Positions 10,660 through 20,373 of a DNA stretch of 64,000 nucleotides are shown here, piece by piece. Position 1 is the stretch's first letter. Each line of letters opens with the position of its first letter. The DNA comes from Synechococcus sp. AG-670-B23. GTDB lineage: Bacteria; Cyanobacteriota; Cyanobacteriia; PCC-6307; Cyanobiaceae. The notes under the pieces were generated by a model. That model was not told the DNA's origin. It made no database searches and saw only the letters and a program-made list of their open reading frames with translations. The translations under genes were made by a program, and so were the position numbers. The stretch is taken from contig QCSL01000002.1 in assembly GCA_003209165.1 (NCBI GenBank), forward strand, positions 8,630-72,629, given 5' to 3'.

Positions 10660-11544
10660 ATGAAAATACGGTTTGCAGTTCTCGCTTGCCTTGCGACGCT
10701 AGCTTCACCTGCCGCCTTCGCAGCGGATGCAGACGAACAAATGAATTTGTTGCCAGGGTCTGAACTCGCTGAGGCGAATAGTGAGGCTGAAACCGAGATT
10801 ACCAAGGAAGAGATTGTCGATAAAATTAAGGAGCTTGAAATCCAGCTCATCAAATTAAAGAAAGCTGCAGGCGTTTACGGCGAAGGGAAGAAGATTGCTT
10901 TACCCAAAAATGGTATTTATGTCCAAAGTGACATCGGTGTCCAACAACGGGAATGGGCAGGTGAAAATGGCAATACACAACTTTTCTTTGACGCAGGTCT
11001 ACATGGTGGTTTAGCTGTGGGTTATCGATATGATCGCAATTGGAGGTTTGCATTCGAATATACGGAAATGAATAATGCTGTTAGTGACATGCGATCAGGC
11101 GCTCCAGTCAAAGAATTCGTAGATCCAAAACTAGGTTTTCTTCTTTCAACTGGATCAATAAAAGAAAAGGGTCTCGGTGATGTAAAACTCCAAAGTTATA
11201 CTCTTAATGCATATTATGACCTAAATGGTTTTGGTCATGAAAGGCGATTTAGACCCTATGTCGGAGTGGGTGTTGGTCTCCAAACATCAACTCTGTATGG
11301 AGTTACACCAGCAAGCTTCAAATTTATAGGAGCTGGTGCCGAGGCTAATAAAGCGTCCACTGATCCTGTCCTCACACTCGAAGCCGGTCTCACCTACCTC
11401 GCAACAGATCAAGCAGAATTCTTTTTAGGTGGTGAATATTCATTTGTAGACAATTTTCTACTTGAAAATACTGATTTCGGGAATTTACAACCTCAGGGCA
11501 GTCGCAGCTGGATCCTTAAAACCGGTGCTCGTTATACCTTCTGA
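10660..11544 (+). CDS. Outer-membrane beta-barrel protein (OmpA/OmpW-like transmembrane domain)
   Basis: Sec signal peptide (..PAAFA), amphipathic strands GLAVGYRY, NAYYDL and RPYVGVGVG, C-terminal GARYTF. Confidence 0.82.
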   Translation: MKIRFAVLACLATLASPAAFAADADEQMNLLPGSELAEANSEAETEITKEEIVDKIKELEIQLIKLKKAAGVYGEGKKIALPKNGIYVQSDIGVQQREWAGENGNTQLFFDAGLHGGLAVGYRYDRNWRFAFEYTEMNNAVSDMRSGAPVKEFVDPKLGFLLSTGSIKEKGLGDVKLQSYTLNAYYDLNGFGHERRFRPYVGVGVGLQTSTLYGVTPASFKFIGAGAEANKASTDPVLTLEAGLTYLATDQAEFFLGGEYSFVDNFLLENTDFGNLQPQGSRSWILKTGARYTF

Positions 11545-11550
11545 TCAATA

Positions 11551-12591
11551 ATGAATTTATTTCTCTCTTCGACAACTCTAGCCTGGAATAGGGCACTTTT
11601 GCTCGGACTACTTCTCGTAAGTCCTCTGATAAGTCAACCTGCTCAGGCAGTAGATGACTACATGTATGAGGATGAAATTGAGTATATACTTGCCGAAAGG
11701 AGCAAAAAAGAACGTCAGGAATTGGGTTCCAATCTCCTGAGTGCTAACACAGGACCAGATAATCCAACTCCTGAAGGTCAGAAAACAACATTCGCAGATT
11801 CTCGTTTCTCGGGTATTTTCAAGATTGACTTCAAGTCTCAGTACATCTCGTTCGGTGTTGTTCTACAAGATGAAGGTGTAACGATCCAGCCGATGCTGGC
11901 ATTAAGATACACCTTTTTCGACAAGACCCTTGATAAATCAGAAGACAGTATTATCAACAATGTTACTGGATTCATCTCGACTTGGAACGACATAAGCACC
12001 AATAAAGATCTCTCAAGTTCTACATCACCCTATCGTTATTTCACCGAAGCGGATCTCGTTACAGGTGTATCAATCACTTTCAACGACAGATTCAACCTAA
12101 CGACATCTTTGACCGAGTTGCATTCTCCTGCCAGTGCATTTGGGCCAGGGGCATTCTTGAAAGCCGTTCTTTCAATGGATGATACAGGGACAATTGCAGA
12201 GAATTTTGCTTTGAAACCGCAGTTTCTATTGATCTACGAAATTCCATGGGAAGGTCAGATTGGGCTGCAGACCGATGCATTCCTTTTTGAACCTGGCCTC
12301 ACTCCCACATACACATTTGGAGCGGATTCAAGCTTCCCCGTGACTCTTTCCTTACCCTTACGCATAGGTCTTGGAAATAAATTTTACGATGGCGAAACCT
12401 ATGGATTCTTTTCGGTTGGGCCTGAAGTCACTATGCCAATACCGAGCCTATCGTCTGAGACGATAAAAACGTACGCAAACATTGGCTACACTTACATAAA
12501 CCTAGGAAAAACAACCCAAGATTTTATTCTCAACGAGAACGGAAGTTCTCACAAACATGTGGCCACATTCGGCTTAATGACTACTTTCTAA
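11551..12591 (+). CDS. Putative outer-membrane beta-barrel protein (TorF/Gcw_chp-like porin)
   Basis: Signal peptide (..PAQA), 'DFKSQYISFGVV..IQP' first-strand motif, alternating aromatic strands, terminal Phe. Confidence 0.62.
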   Translation: MNLFLSSTTLAWNRALLLGLLLVSPLISQPAQAVDDYMYEDEIEYILAERSKKERQELGSNLLSANTGPDNPTPEGQKTTFADSRFSGIFKIDFKSQYISFGVVLQDEGVTIQPMLALRYTFFDKTLDKSEDSIINNVTGFISTWNDISTNKDLSSSTSPYRYFTEADLVTGVSITFNDRFNLTTSLTELHSPASAFGPGAFLKAVLSMDDTGTIAENFALKPQFLLIYEIPWEGQIGLQTDAFLFEPGLTPTYTFGADSSFPVTLSLPLRIGLGNKFYDGETYGFFSVGPEVTMPIPSLSSETIKTYANIGYTYINLGKTTQDFILNENGSSHKHVATFGLMTTF

Positions 12592-12613
12592 TTTACTCAC
12601 TAAATGGCCTTTT

Positions 12614-12647
12614 AAGAGAGTGTTTGTCAATAACACTCTCTTTTTTT
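12614..12647 (+). terminator. Rho-independent terminator between convergent island genes
   Basis: AAGAGAGTGTT-tgtcaat-AACACTCTCTT stem followed by a T-run. Confidence 0.8.
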
Positions 12648-12651
12648 GTCT

Positions 12652-14172
12652 TTATTGAATGAATCGCTTCACAGCCGTGCTTGCAGCAGCAAAGATCGCT
12701 CCTTGTGGATTACCACTCGTCAGCGAGGGAAGTACTGATGCATCGACAACACTGAGGTGTTCCACACCGCGAACGCTGAAGTCGGGCCGACAAACCGCAT
12801 CATCCGATGAACCTACAGCGCAGGTGCCAACTGGATGCCAGATGGTTGTTGCATACTTTCTCAAATAGTCAGCATCAGCAAAATGGTTAGCCGGACAGAG
12901 TTCCTCGGCGCAATATGGCTTCATGGCATCTGTTGATGCAATCTGGCGAACAATCTCAAGACCCTTCTGATATACCTGTAAATCCGTTGGATCCTCAAGA
13001 TAAGCAGGATTGATATCAAAAGTCAGGCCCTGTTCAGAGTCCACAGGCCGAATGGAGCCGCGACTGCGAGGACGACCAAGAACAGGGACAAAAATCACTG
13101 AATGCTCAAGGCCACCCTCTGGCAAAAACTCTTCGGCTACAAACCCATCAACACCAGCAGAAAAGTTAATTTGCAGATCGGTTTCAGGACCAGCATTCAA
13201 GCCTGACCGGGTAAATAACGCGGCTTCACAAAGAAATTCAGTCGCTCCTGGATCAGCCTCTGAGCGATAGGCCACCATCACTCGCATATGGTCTGAAAGG
13301 TTGCGCCCAACCATTGGAGAATCAACCTTGCAGGAAATACCAGCAGCCTCGAGTACGTCCTTGGGACCTACACCTGATTTCATCAAAAGGCCTGGGCTTT
13401 GCAGGGCACCGGCACTGAGAATGACATCTTTCCCCTCCAATATTTCACCAGAAGAAAGCTGAACTCCGAGGCAGCGCCCGTTCTCAATCAACAAAGACTG
13501 AACATTAGTATTGCAGCGCACAGTTAAGTTTTCCGGAAGAGTTCCTCTTAAATATGCATTCGCAGTGCTTGAACGTTTGGCTTCAGAATCAATGATCAGC
13601 TGCATATAGTCACAACGGTCATTCTGTTGAGAACCATTGAAATCTGCACGCTGATAACCCAGTGCTGCACAAGCCTCCAGAAATGAACCTGACGCAGCAC
13701 TTGGGCGAGGAGGATGATTAATGGACATACGACCATTTTTTCCACGGAGCGCATCTTCCCCATAATCTCCTAAGCAATGTTCCAGCTCCTTGAAAATTGC
13801 TTGAAATTGATCAGGCGACCAATTCGGATCACCGCCAGTTTTTTGATGCCATTCCTCGAAATTAAAGCGGCTCCCACGCACATACATCATGGCATTAATT
13901 GCCGTACCTCCTCCCAACACCTTGCCTTGATTAATCAAAACTTCCCTGCCACCCAGTCCAACTTGAGGGGTGGTTTTCAACTGCCAGTCGGCTTCCGTGA
14001 ACCATGATTGAAACAAATTTGCGATTCCAGACTCAACAAAGCGAGGCTCCTTACCGTCCGTTCCGGACTCCAAGAGCAAAACATCACCTTGCCGTGCATC
14101 TGCTAAGCCACGAGCAAGAATGCAGCCGGCCGCACCGGCGCCCACAATGATTGTTTCGAATTGCTGAGCCAC
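12652..14172 (-). CDS. GMC family FAD oxidoreductase (choline dehydrogenase/alcohol oxidase-like)
   Basis: GAGAAG Rossmann motif, GKVLGGGTAINAMMYVRG, VGRNLSDH, TIWHPVGTC (catalytic His), VDASVLP..SGNPQ (Asn). Probable GTG start at 14172; the ORF is open to 14208. Confidence 0.9.
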   Translation of the reverse strand: MAQQFETIIVGAGAAGCILARGLADARQGDVLLLESGTDGKEPRFVESGIANLFQSWFTEADWQLKTTPQVGLGGREVLINQGKVLGGGTAINAMMYVRGSRFNFEEWHQKTGGDPNWSPDQFQAIFKELEHCLGDYGEDALRGKNGRMSINHPPRPSAASGSFLEACAALGYQRADFNGSQQNDRCDYMQLIIDSEAKRSSTANAYLRGTLPENLTVRCNTNVQSLLIENGRCLGVQLSSGEILEGKDVILSAGALQSPGLLMKSGVGPKDVLEAAGISCKVDSPMVGRNLSDHMRVMVAYRSEADPGATEFLCEAALFTRSGLNAGPETDLQINFSAGVDGFVAEEFLPEGGLEHSVIFVPVLGRPRSRGSIRPVDSEQGLTFDINPAYLEDPTDLQVYQKGLEIVRQIASTDAMKPYCAEELCPANHFADADYLRKYATTIWHPVGTCAVGSSDDAVCRPDFSVRGVEHLSVVDASVLPSLTSGNPQGAIFAAASTAVKRFIQ

Positions 14173-14269
14173 GCGAATTTGAATATCACGATTATTTCTT
14201 AGCCACAAACCTGGCTTAGGAGAACCAAGGTTTGCAATCTAAAATTTTTATGGTCCGATGTGTAAAGGC

Positions 14270-15193
14270 TCACATCAGAGAGCGCAATTGTTCAATCGTC
14301 TGATCGGCCAGCGGCTGATTCATCAGCCGTTCGACTTCCCGCACACCAGTGGGACTGGTGACATTGATTTCGCTGAGCATGCCGCCGATCACGTCGATGC
14401 CGACGAAGAACAATCCCTCCGCCCGCAGCGCCGGGGCCAGAGCATCACAGATCTGAAGTTCCCGCTCGGTGAGTTCCGTAGCCTCCGCTTGGCCACCCAC
14501 GGCCAGATTGCTGCGGAACTCCCCCGCTGAGGGGCGCCGGTTGATCGCTCCCAGGGGATCGCCGTCCACCAGCAGGATGCGCTTATCGCCTTCGCTCACG
14601 GACGGCAGAAAAGCCTGGGCCATCACCGGCAAGCGTTCCTGCTCCGTCACCAGCTCCAGCAGCGCCTTCAATCCCGGCGACTGGCCGTTGACCCGAATCA
14701 CTCCCAGGCCGGCGCGGCCCCCCAGGGGTTTAAGCACGATCTCCTGCTGCTCCTGAGCAAACAACAGCAGTTCAGACACCCGCCCCGCCACCAGCGTGGG
14801 GGCCATCAATCGGCTAAAGCGCAATGCCCCCAGCTTTTCGTTCCAGCTGCGCAGCGCACTAGGACGATTAAGAACCCGCACCCCAGCCCGCTCAGCAACC
14901 TCCAGCAGATGGGTGGCGTAAAGATACGCCTCATCAACGGGCGGATCCTTGCGCATCCAGATCACATCAAACCCACCCAGGGCCTGACGTTCCGCAACGC
15001 CAACCGTGATCCAGGGCTCCGGTGTCACCGGCAGGGCGATTGCAAGAGGTTCATCCCCCCGGGCAATCAGATCGGAAGGAGTGCAGGACCACACCTCATC
15101 GCCGGCCCGATGGGCGGCCTGCATCAACGCCGCGGAGGAATCCTTTGCTGGATTGATCTGCCCCAGCGGATCCAGAACGAACAGCTGGCGCAT
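14270..15193 (-). CDS. gshB: Glutathione synthetase
   Basis: [31 protein letters not shown] and EINVTSPTG motifs. Confidence 0.96.
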   Translation of the reverse strand: MRQLFVLDPLGQINPAKDSSAALMQAAHRAGDEVWSCTPSDLIARGDEPLAIALPVTPEPWITVGVAERQALGGFDVIWMRKDPPVDEAYLYATHLLEVAERAGVRVLNRPSALRSWNEKLGALRFSRLMAPTLVAGRVSELLLFAQEQQEIVLKPLGGRAGLGVIRVNGQSPGLKALLELVTEQERLPVMAQAFLPSVSEGDKRILLVDGDPLGAINRRPSAGEFRSNLAVGGQAEATELTERELQICDALAPALRAEGLFFVGIDVIGGMLSEINVTSPTGVREVERLMNQPLADQTIEQLRSLM

Positions 15194-15196
15194 CGA

Positions 15197-15454
15197 TCAG
15201 ACCTTCAACAACGCATCGAGCTCACCGGCACGATCCAAAACGTGGAGGTCATCGCAACCGCCGATGTGGCGATCATCGATGAACACCTGCGGAACACTGC
15301 GGCGACCATCACCCCGCGCCGCCATGGCATCGCGGGCAGGCTCATCCCCATCCACGCTGTATTCGGCGTAACTCACCCCCTTGCGATCCAAGAGCCCCTT
15401 GGCTCGGACGCAGAACGGACAAGTGCGCCAGGTGTAGATCTCAACCTTGGCCAT
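15197..15454 (-). CDS. grxC: Glutaredoxin 3
   Basis: CPFC active site, SVPQVFI, IGGCDDL. Confidence 0.95.
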   Translation of the reverse strand: MAKVEIYTWRTCPFCVRAKGLLDRKGVSYAEYSVDGDEPARDAMAARGDGRRSVPQVFIDDRHIGGCDDLHVLDRAGELDALLKV

Positions 15455-15531
15455 TACGTTGGTGATACCAGTTATCGGATCCTATGCAGCAACTGCGCTG
15501 ATAGCGTCAGAAGCTAATCAGGACCGAGTCC

Positions 15532-16654
15532 TTGCTGGACCTCACCGACTTCAAGCGCGACCTCTCCGAGCTCACTGACCGCCTGGGCAATGCCCAGGAC
15601 TGTCTTTGACGTTCCTGCACTGAACGCAAGGCAACAGGATCTCGAGCAACTCGCGGCCCAGCCCGATTTCTGGGATGACCAGCAGAACGCCCAGAAGCAG
15701 ATGCGGCGTCTGGATGAGGTGAAGGCCCAGCTGTCTCAGCTGGGCGGATGGCGCGGTGCTGTCGATGACGCCCAGGCCACCCTTGAGCTCTACGAACTGG
15801 AGCCCGATGACGATCTCCTGCAGGAGGCCCAAACAGGCCTGAATCAGCTGCGCCAGGGGCTGGACCGCTGGGAATTGGAGCGCCTGCTTAGCGGCGAATA
15901 CGACAAGGAAGGAGCCGTCCTCAGTATCAATGCAGGAGCCGGTGGAACGGATGCCCAGGACTGGGCCCAGATGCTGCTTCGCATGTACACCCGCTGGGCG
16001 GAAGATCGGGGCATGAAGGTGACCGTGGACGAACTCTCAGAAGGGGAGGAAGCGGGCATCAAGAGCGCCACGATCGAAGTGGAGGGCCGCTATGCCTACG
16101 GCTATCTGCGCAACGAAAAAGGCACCCACCGCCTGGTGCGCATCTCGCCCTTCAACGCCAACGACAAACGTCAGACCAGCTTTGCCGGCATCGAAGTAAT
16201 GCCGAAACTGGAGGAGGAGGTCGACATCGACATCCCCGAGAAGGACCTCGAAGTCACCACCTCACGCTCCGGTGGTGCCGGCGGCCAGAACGTGAACAAG
16301 GTGGAGACCGCTGTGCGGATTCTCCACATCCCCACCGGCCTGGCCGTGCGTTGCACTCAGGAACGCTCCCAGCTCCAGAACAAAGAGAAAGCGATGGCCC
16401 TGCTCAAGGCCAAGCTGCTGGTAATCGCCCAGGAACAACGGGCTGCCGAAATCGCCGACATCCGCGGCGACATCGTTGAAGCGGCCTGGGGCAACCAGAT
16501 CCGCAACTACGTGTTTCACCCCTACCAGATGGTGAAAGACCTGCGCACCAATCAAGAAACCAACGATGTGCAAGCGGTGATGGATGGGGCCCTCGACTCC
16601 TTCATCGATGCCTCTTTACGCCAGGGTGTTGACAGCCCCGACGCCGATTCCTAA
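15532..16654 (+). CDS. prfB: Peptide chain release factor 2 (programmed +1 frameshift at 15604-15610)
   Basis: TTG 15532 opens [25 protein letters not shown], ending at CTT-TGA-C; the +1 frame continues DVPAL... and contains the SPF and GGQ motifs. Confidence 0.96.
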
Positions 16655-16658
16655 ACCC

Positions 16659-16823
16659 ATGGCCTCCGAAAGCACCCCACCGCCGAGCTTCGTTAAACAG
16701 GCCATGCGCAACATGGTGCGCAAAGGCAGCAAGAGTCTGTTTCACTTTGGCCTCACCGCCATGGGATTCCTCGGCTTCATCACCCTCGTGGCTTGGCTGG
16801 GGCGTCCGACTCTGCCGGGATAG
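16659..16823 (+). CDS. DUF3285-family small membrane protein
   Basis: PSFVKQAMRNMVRKG motif plus one transmembrane helix; typical position after prfB in cyanobacteria. Confidence 0.8.
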   Translation: MASESTPPPSFVKQAMRNMVRKGSKSLFHFGLTAMGFLGFITLVAWLGRPTLPG

Positions 16824-16825
16824 GG

Positions 16826-17344
16826 ATGGAGCTCGACCTCGCACTGGATCGGGAGGGTGTGGCGCTTCAACCCTCCGACAGCAACGATCTGCTCGACGAC
16901 ACGGTGTGGATCCAGCAGTTGGAACGATGGCTGAGCAGCCTTTGCAAGGATTCGAGCCTGAACTGCCCAACCCTGGTGCGATCAGCAGACGAGCTGAGCC
17001 TCGGGCTGCGGTTCACCGATGACGTGAGCATCGCTGCCTTGAACAGCTCCTGGCGCCAGAAAGCAGGCCCCACGGATGTGTTGTCGTTTGCGGCCCTCGA
17101 CGACGCCGGCGACTGGATGGAGGGCTCCAGCATCGAACTAGGAGACATCGTGGTTTCCCTGGAGACGGCCCGGCGGCAAGCCCAGGAGCAGGGGCACAGC
17201 CTCCAGCGGGAATTGCGCTGGCTGGTGAGCCATGGCCTGCTGCACCTGCTGGGCTGGGACCATCCCGATGACGACAGCCTCGCGGCGATGCTCGCTCTGC
17301 AGGAAAGGCTTCTTGGGGATGGGTATTCTGGCCAACCCGGGTAG
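16826..17344 (+). CDS. ybeY: rRNA maturation endoribonuclease YbeY
   Basis: PTDVLSF, LGDIVVS and [11 protein letters not shown] motifs; start at ATG 16826. Confidence 0.93.
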   Translation: MELDLALDREGVALQPSDSNDLLDDTVWIQQLERWLSSLCKDSSLNCPTLVRSADELSLGLRFTDDVSIAALNSSWRQKAGPTDVLSFAALDDAGDWMEGSSIELGDIVVSLETARRQAQEQGHSLQRELRWLVSHGLLHLLGWDHPDDDSLAAMLALQERLLGDGYSGQPG

Positions 17345-17391
17345 TCTTCGAAAAGAGGGCGTGCGCCCTGCGGAGTCCGAGTTCCGTTCCG

Positions 17392-17856
17392 ATGACCACC
17401 GAATCGCCCCGGAAACCACCCGCAGACGCAGCTTCGGAGGAGGTGGCCATGGTGCCCAATGCAATGCGGCGTCGGGGCAGCTGGCGCATTGCTGGCGATC
17501 TGCCGGCGAGCTTTCGCTATGCCGCCCAGGGCCTCGGCTACGCCTTCCTCACCCAGCGCAACTTCCGCATCCATGTGGTGACGGCGCTGGTGGTGTTTGG
17601 CCTGGCCACCTGGCTTCAACTGGACCTGATCCGCCTGGCCGTGCTGGTGCTTACGGTGGCTGCGGTTTTGGTGTTGGAGCTGCTGAACACAGCGATGGAG
17701 GCTGTGGTGGATCTGGCCATTGGCCGGCGCTATCACCCCTTAGCCCGCATCGCCAAAGACTGTGCTGCTGCTGCCGTGCTGACTGCAGCCATCAGCTCCT
17801 TGCTAATCGCTCTGTTTCTCCTGCTGCCGCCGCTCTTGCTCCGCCTGGGGCTCTGA
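17392..17856 (+). CDS. dgkA: Diacylglycerol/undecaprenol kinase (DgkA family)
   Basis: [28 protein letters not shown] and [10 protein letters not shown] motifs. Confidence 0.9.
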   Translation: MTTESPRKPPADAASEEVAMVPNAMRRRGSWRIAGDLPASFRYAAQGLGYAFLTQRNFRIHVVTALVVFGLATWLQLDLIRLAVLVLTVAAVLVLELLNTAMEAVVDLAIGRRYHPLARIAKDCAAAAVLTAAISSLLIALFLLLPPLLLRLGL

Positions 17857-17870
17857 CTCCCGATTCGCAG

Positions 17871-18464
17871 ATGTTGCTCGTCATCGACAACTACGACAGC
17901 TTCACCTTCAACTTGGTGCAGTATTTCGGTGAGCTCGCCCCCAAGCATCCAATAGCGGCAGACCTGCAGGTGCATCGCAACGACGCCATCAACCTCGAGC
18001 AGATCCGCTCCCTGAAGCCCGATGCAATCTTGCTTTCTCCAGGTCCTGGCGACCCTGATCAATCGGGCGTTTGCCTCGACATCCTCAACGAGCTCTCAGC
18101 AACGGTGCCCACGCTGGGGGTGTGTCTGGGCCATCAGGCCATCGCTCAGGTGTACGGCGGTCGGGTGGTGCGCGCCCAGCAACAAATGCATGGCAAAACG
18201 TCGCCGGTTCTCCACAAAGGCGATGGCGTGTTCGCGGGCTTGCCTCAACCGCTAACGGCCACCCGTTACCACTCCCTGATCGCAGAGCGCGAAACCCTGC
18301 CGGATTGTCTCGAGATAACCGCCTGGCTCGAGGACGACACGATCATGGGCCTGCGACACCGGGAACATCACCACCTGCAGGGGGTGCAGTTCCACCCCGA
18401 GAGTGTGCTCACCGATCAAGGCCACCAGCTGCTGGCGAACTTCCTGCAGGAGGCCGACGGCTGA
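17871..18464 (+). CDS. trpG: Anthranilate/aminodeoxychorismate synthase glutamine amidotransferase (component II)
   Basis: Start at ATG 17871; [25 protein letters not shown] and QFHPES motifs. Confidence 0.92.
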   Translation: MLLVIDNYDSFTFNLVQYFGELAPKHPIAADLQVHRNDAINLEQIRSLKPDAILLSPGPGDPDQSGVCLDILNELSATVPTLGVCLGHQAIAQVYGGRVVRAQQQMHGKTSPVLHKGDGVFAGLPQPLTATRYHSLIAERETLPDCLEITAWLEDDTIMGLRHREHHHLQGVQFHPESVLTDQGHQLLANFLQEADG

Positions 18465-18478
18465 TCCGGCACAGCACC

Positions 18479-18657
18479 ATGAGGCTCATCTTGCACATCG
18501 GGATGCACAAGACAGCATCCACAGCGCGTCAGAACAGAGAGAGATTGATCAGGCCACACAGCGAATCCGCCAGCGGTTGATCCCACGATCACAGCGCGTA
18601 AGAACCGGGCTGCGGCTGCTGGGCAATGCCATCGGCACGACGAAAGAACGCTGTTAG
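18479..18657 (+). pseudogene. Remnant of a sulfotransferase-like P-loop protein gene
   Basis: ATG 18479 reads MRLILHIGMHKTAST, the N-terminal HIGxHKTxST motif of sulfotransferase-like proteins, but stops at 18580 after 33 aa. Confidence 0.6.
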
Positions 18658-18683
18658 CGTCCGAAATACATTCTTCCCTCCCC

Positions 18684-19406
18684 ATGTCCGTCCTGCGTTC
18701 CGCTGTGACAGCCGCTGCAGGCCTGACACTCAGCCTCACGTCTCCAGCCATGGCGGGCGGTGGGGTGTCGATCAGTAGCTACGGGCAACGGGCCCTGCTG
18801 ATCCAGGGGGGCGGCCAGTCTGTGCTGCTCAACCCCTACAAGGCCGTGGGTTGTGCTGCGGGGCTTCCTGAACCCAGGCTGACGGCCGGCGTTGTCCTGG
18901 CCAACTCCGAACTCGCCGATGAAGGGGCCCGCGATGTTGCCAGTGGCCGCTTTCTGGTGAAACCCGGGTCGTATCGGATTGGTGGTCTGAGTTTGGAGGG
19001 CTTTGCCAATCCCCACGACCGCATGGGCGGACGCCGCTTTGGCAGTGCCACCCTCTGGCGCTGGCAGCAAGGGGGCCTCAGCTTTGCCCACCTCGGTGCC
19101 ACCGCTGGAGAGCTCACCGCAGCCGACCGAGTTCTGCTGGGCAACCCCGATGTGCTGATCATCGGCGTGGGCGGCGGCAGCAAGATTTACAACGCTGAAG
19201 AAGCCGCGGCGGTGATGAATCAGTTGAAACCCAAACGCATCATTCCGGTGCAGTACGTCAATGGCGACGCCCCTGAAGGGTGTGACCAAGAGGGTGTGCA
19301 GCCATTCCTCGATGCCATGGGCGGCACCGCCGTGCGCCGGGTGGGCAGGACGCAAACCCTGCCGGGCAAACTCAACGACACCACCGTGATCACAGTGATG
19401 CAGTGA
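18684..19406 (+). CDS. Metallo-beta-lactamase-fold hydrolase (exported)
   Basis: Signal peptide; HDRMGGRRFG, AHLGA, PDVLIIGVGG and PKRIIPVQY motifs. Confidence 0.82.
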   Translation: MSVLRSAVTAAAGLTLSLTSPAMAGGGVSISSYGQRALLIQGGGQSVLLNPYKAVGCAAGLPEPRLTAGVVLANSELADEGARDVASGRFLVKPGSYRIGGLSLEGFANPHDRMGGRRFGSATLWRWQQGGLSFAHLGATAGELTAADRVLLGNPDVLIIGVGGGSKIYNAEEAAAVMNQLKPKRIIPVQYVNGDAPEGCDQEGVQPFLDAMGGTAVRRVGRTQTLPGKLNDTTVITVMQ

Positions 19407-20373
19407 TCAGCGCAATGAGCTGATCACTGTTCCAACCAGCCAACAGAGCCAACAACAACAAAACACGTGCTTTCTGGGGATTGAGGCTGCCTGCGGGCAG
19501 CAGCCCGAGCCGTTGATCATGGGGATTTTTGTGCACTGGGCCTGACCCACAGCGGTTGGCCTGCAACATCAACGGCCGCTCCCCTGGCCAAGCCTGAAGC
19601 GCCGAACGCTCAGCCGCCGACAACTGTCCGGCACCCGTGCCGGTGAATACCAGGCCCCCAACACCGGCATTGAGACAGGCGGTGAGGATGAGCGGCTCGG
19701 GCTCCACACACCCGTAGACAATCGGCACCTGGGGCCATTGCTCCGGTAGAGCTAGACCTGCGAAGGGCACCTGCCGAGATCCGTGCGCCGTTGGCAGATG
19801 TACGCCAAAGTCATCCACCCAGCCCAAAGGCCCGCTGCCGGGACTGGCGAACGCCCCCACCCCCTGGGTGGCCACCTTGGTGACCCGCTGGGCGCCATGG
19901 ATCTGGCCATCCATCACGACCAAAACGCCGTGGCCGCGGGCTTCGCTGCTCAAAGCCACCTGCACCGCCTGCAACAAATTGAGCGGCCCATCGGCACTGA
20001 GGGCCGTGGCCGGCCGCATCGCCCCTACCAGCACAACCGGCCGGGGATCGTCGATCAACAGCTGCAGCAACCAGGCGGTTTCCTCCAAAGTGTTGGTCCC
20101 ATGGGTGATCACCACCCCGGCCAGATCCGGGTCCGCAGCAAAAGCATCACGGATGCGCCCCACCAGCGCGCGCCAGTGCGCAAACAGCAGGTCGGCGCTA
20201 TCGACGTTGGCGACCTGCTGAACGCTGATCGTCACCAGGTCCTGCAGCTGCGGCACAGCCGCCATCAGGGCATCACCCCCAAGCACGCCCGCGGTGTAAT
20301 CGTTCAGCGTTGCGCAATCGTCCGAACAGCCAGCAATGGTGCCGCCGGTTGCAAGCAGCAACAGGCGCTTCAT
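19390..20373 (-). CDS. L-asparaginase
   Basis: ATGGTIAG, ITHGTNTLEETA, GAMRP, SADGP and LNPQKAR motifs. Confidence 0.92.
   Translation of the reverse strand: MKRLLLLATGGTIAGCSDDCATLNDYTAGVLGGDALMAAVPQLQDLVTISVQQVANVDSADLLFAHWRALVGRIRDAFAADPDLAGVVITHGTNTLEETAWLLQLLIDDPRPVVLVGAMRPATALSADGPLNLLQAVQVALSSEARGHGVLVVMDGQIHGAQRVTKVATQGVGAFASPGSGPLGWVDDFGVHLPTAHGSRQVPFAGLALPEQWPQVPIVYGCVEPEPLILTACLNAGVGGLVFTGTGAGQLSAAERSALQAWPGERPLMLQANRCGSGPVHKNPHDQRLGLLPAGSLNPQKARVLLLLALLAGWNSDQLIALITASL

Noticed and set aside
17232-17870. N-terminal extension of the trpG ORF (410 aa)
   Set aside because: Overlaps ybeY and dgkA; the TrpG motif starts at ATG 17871
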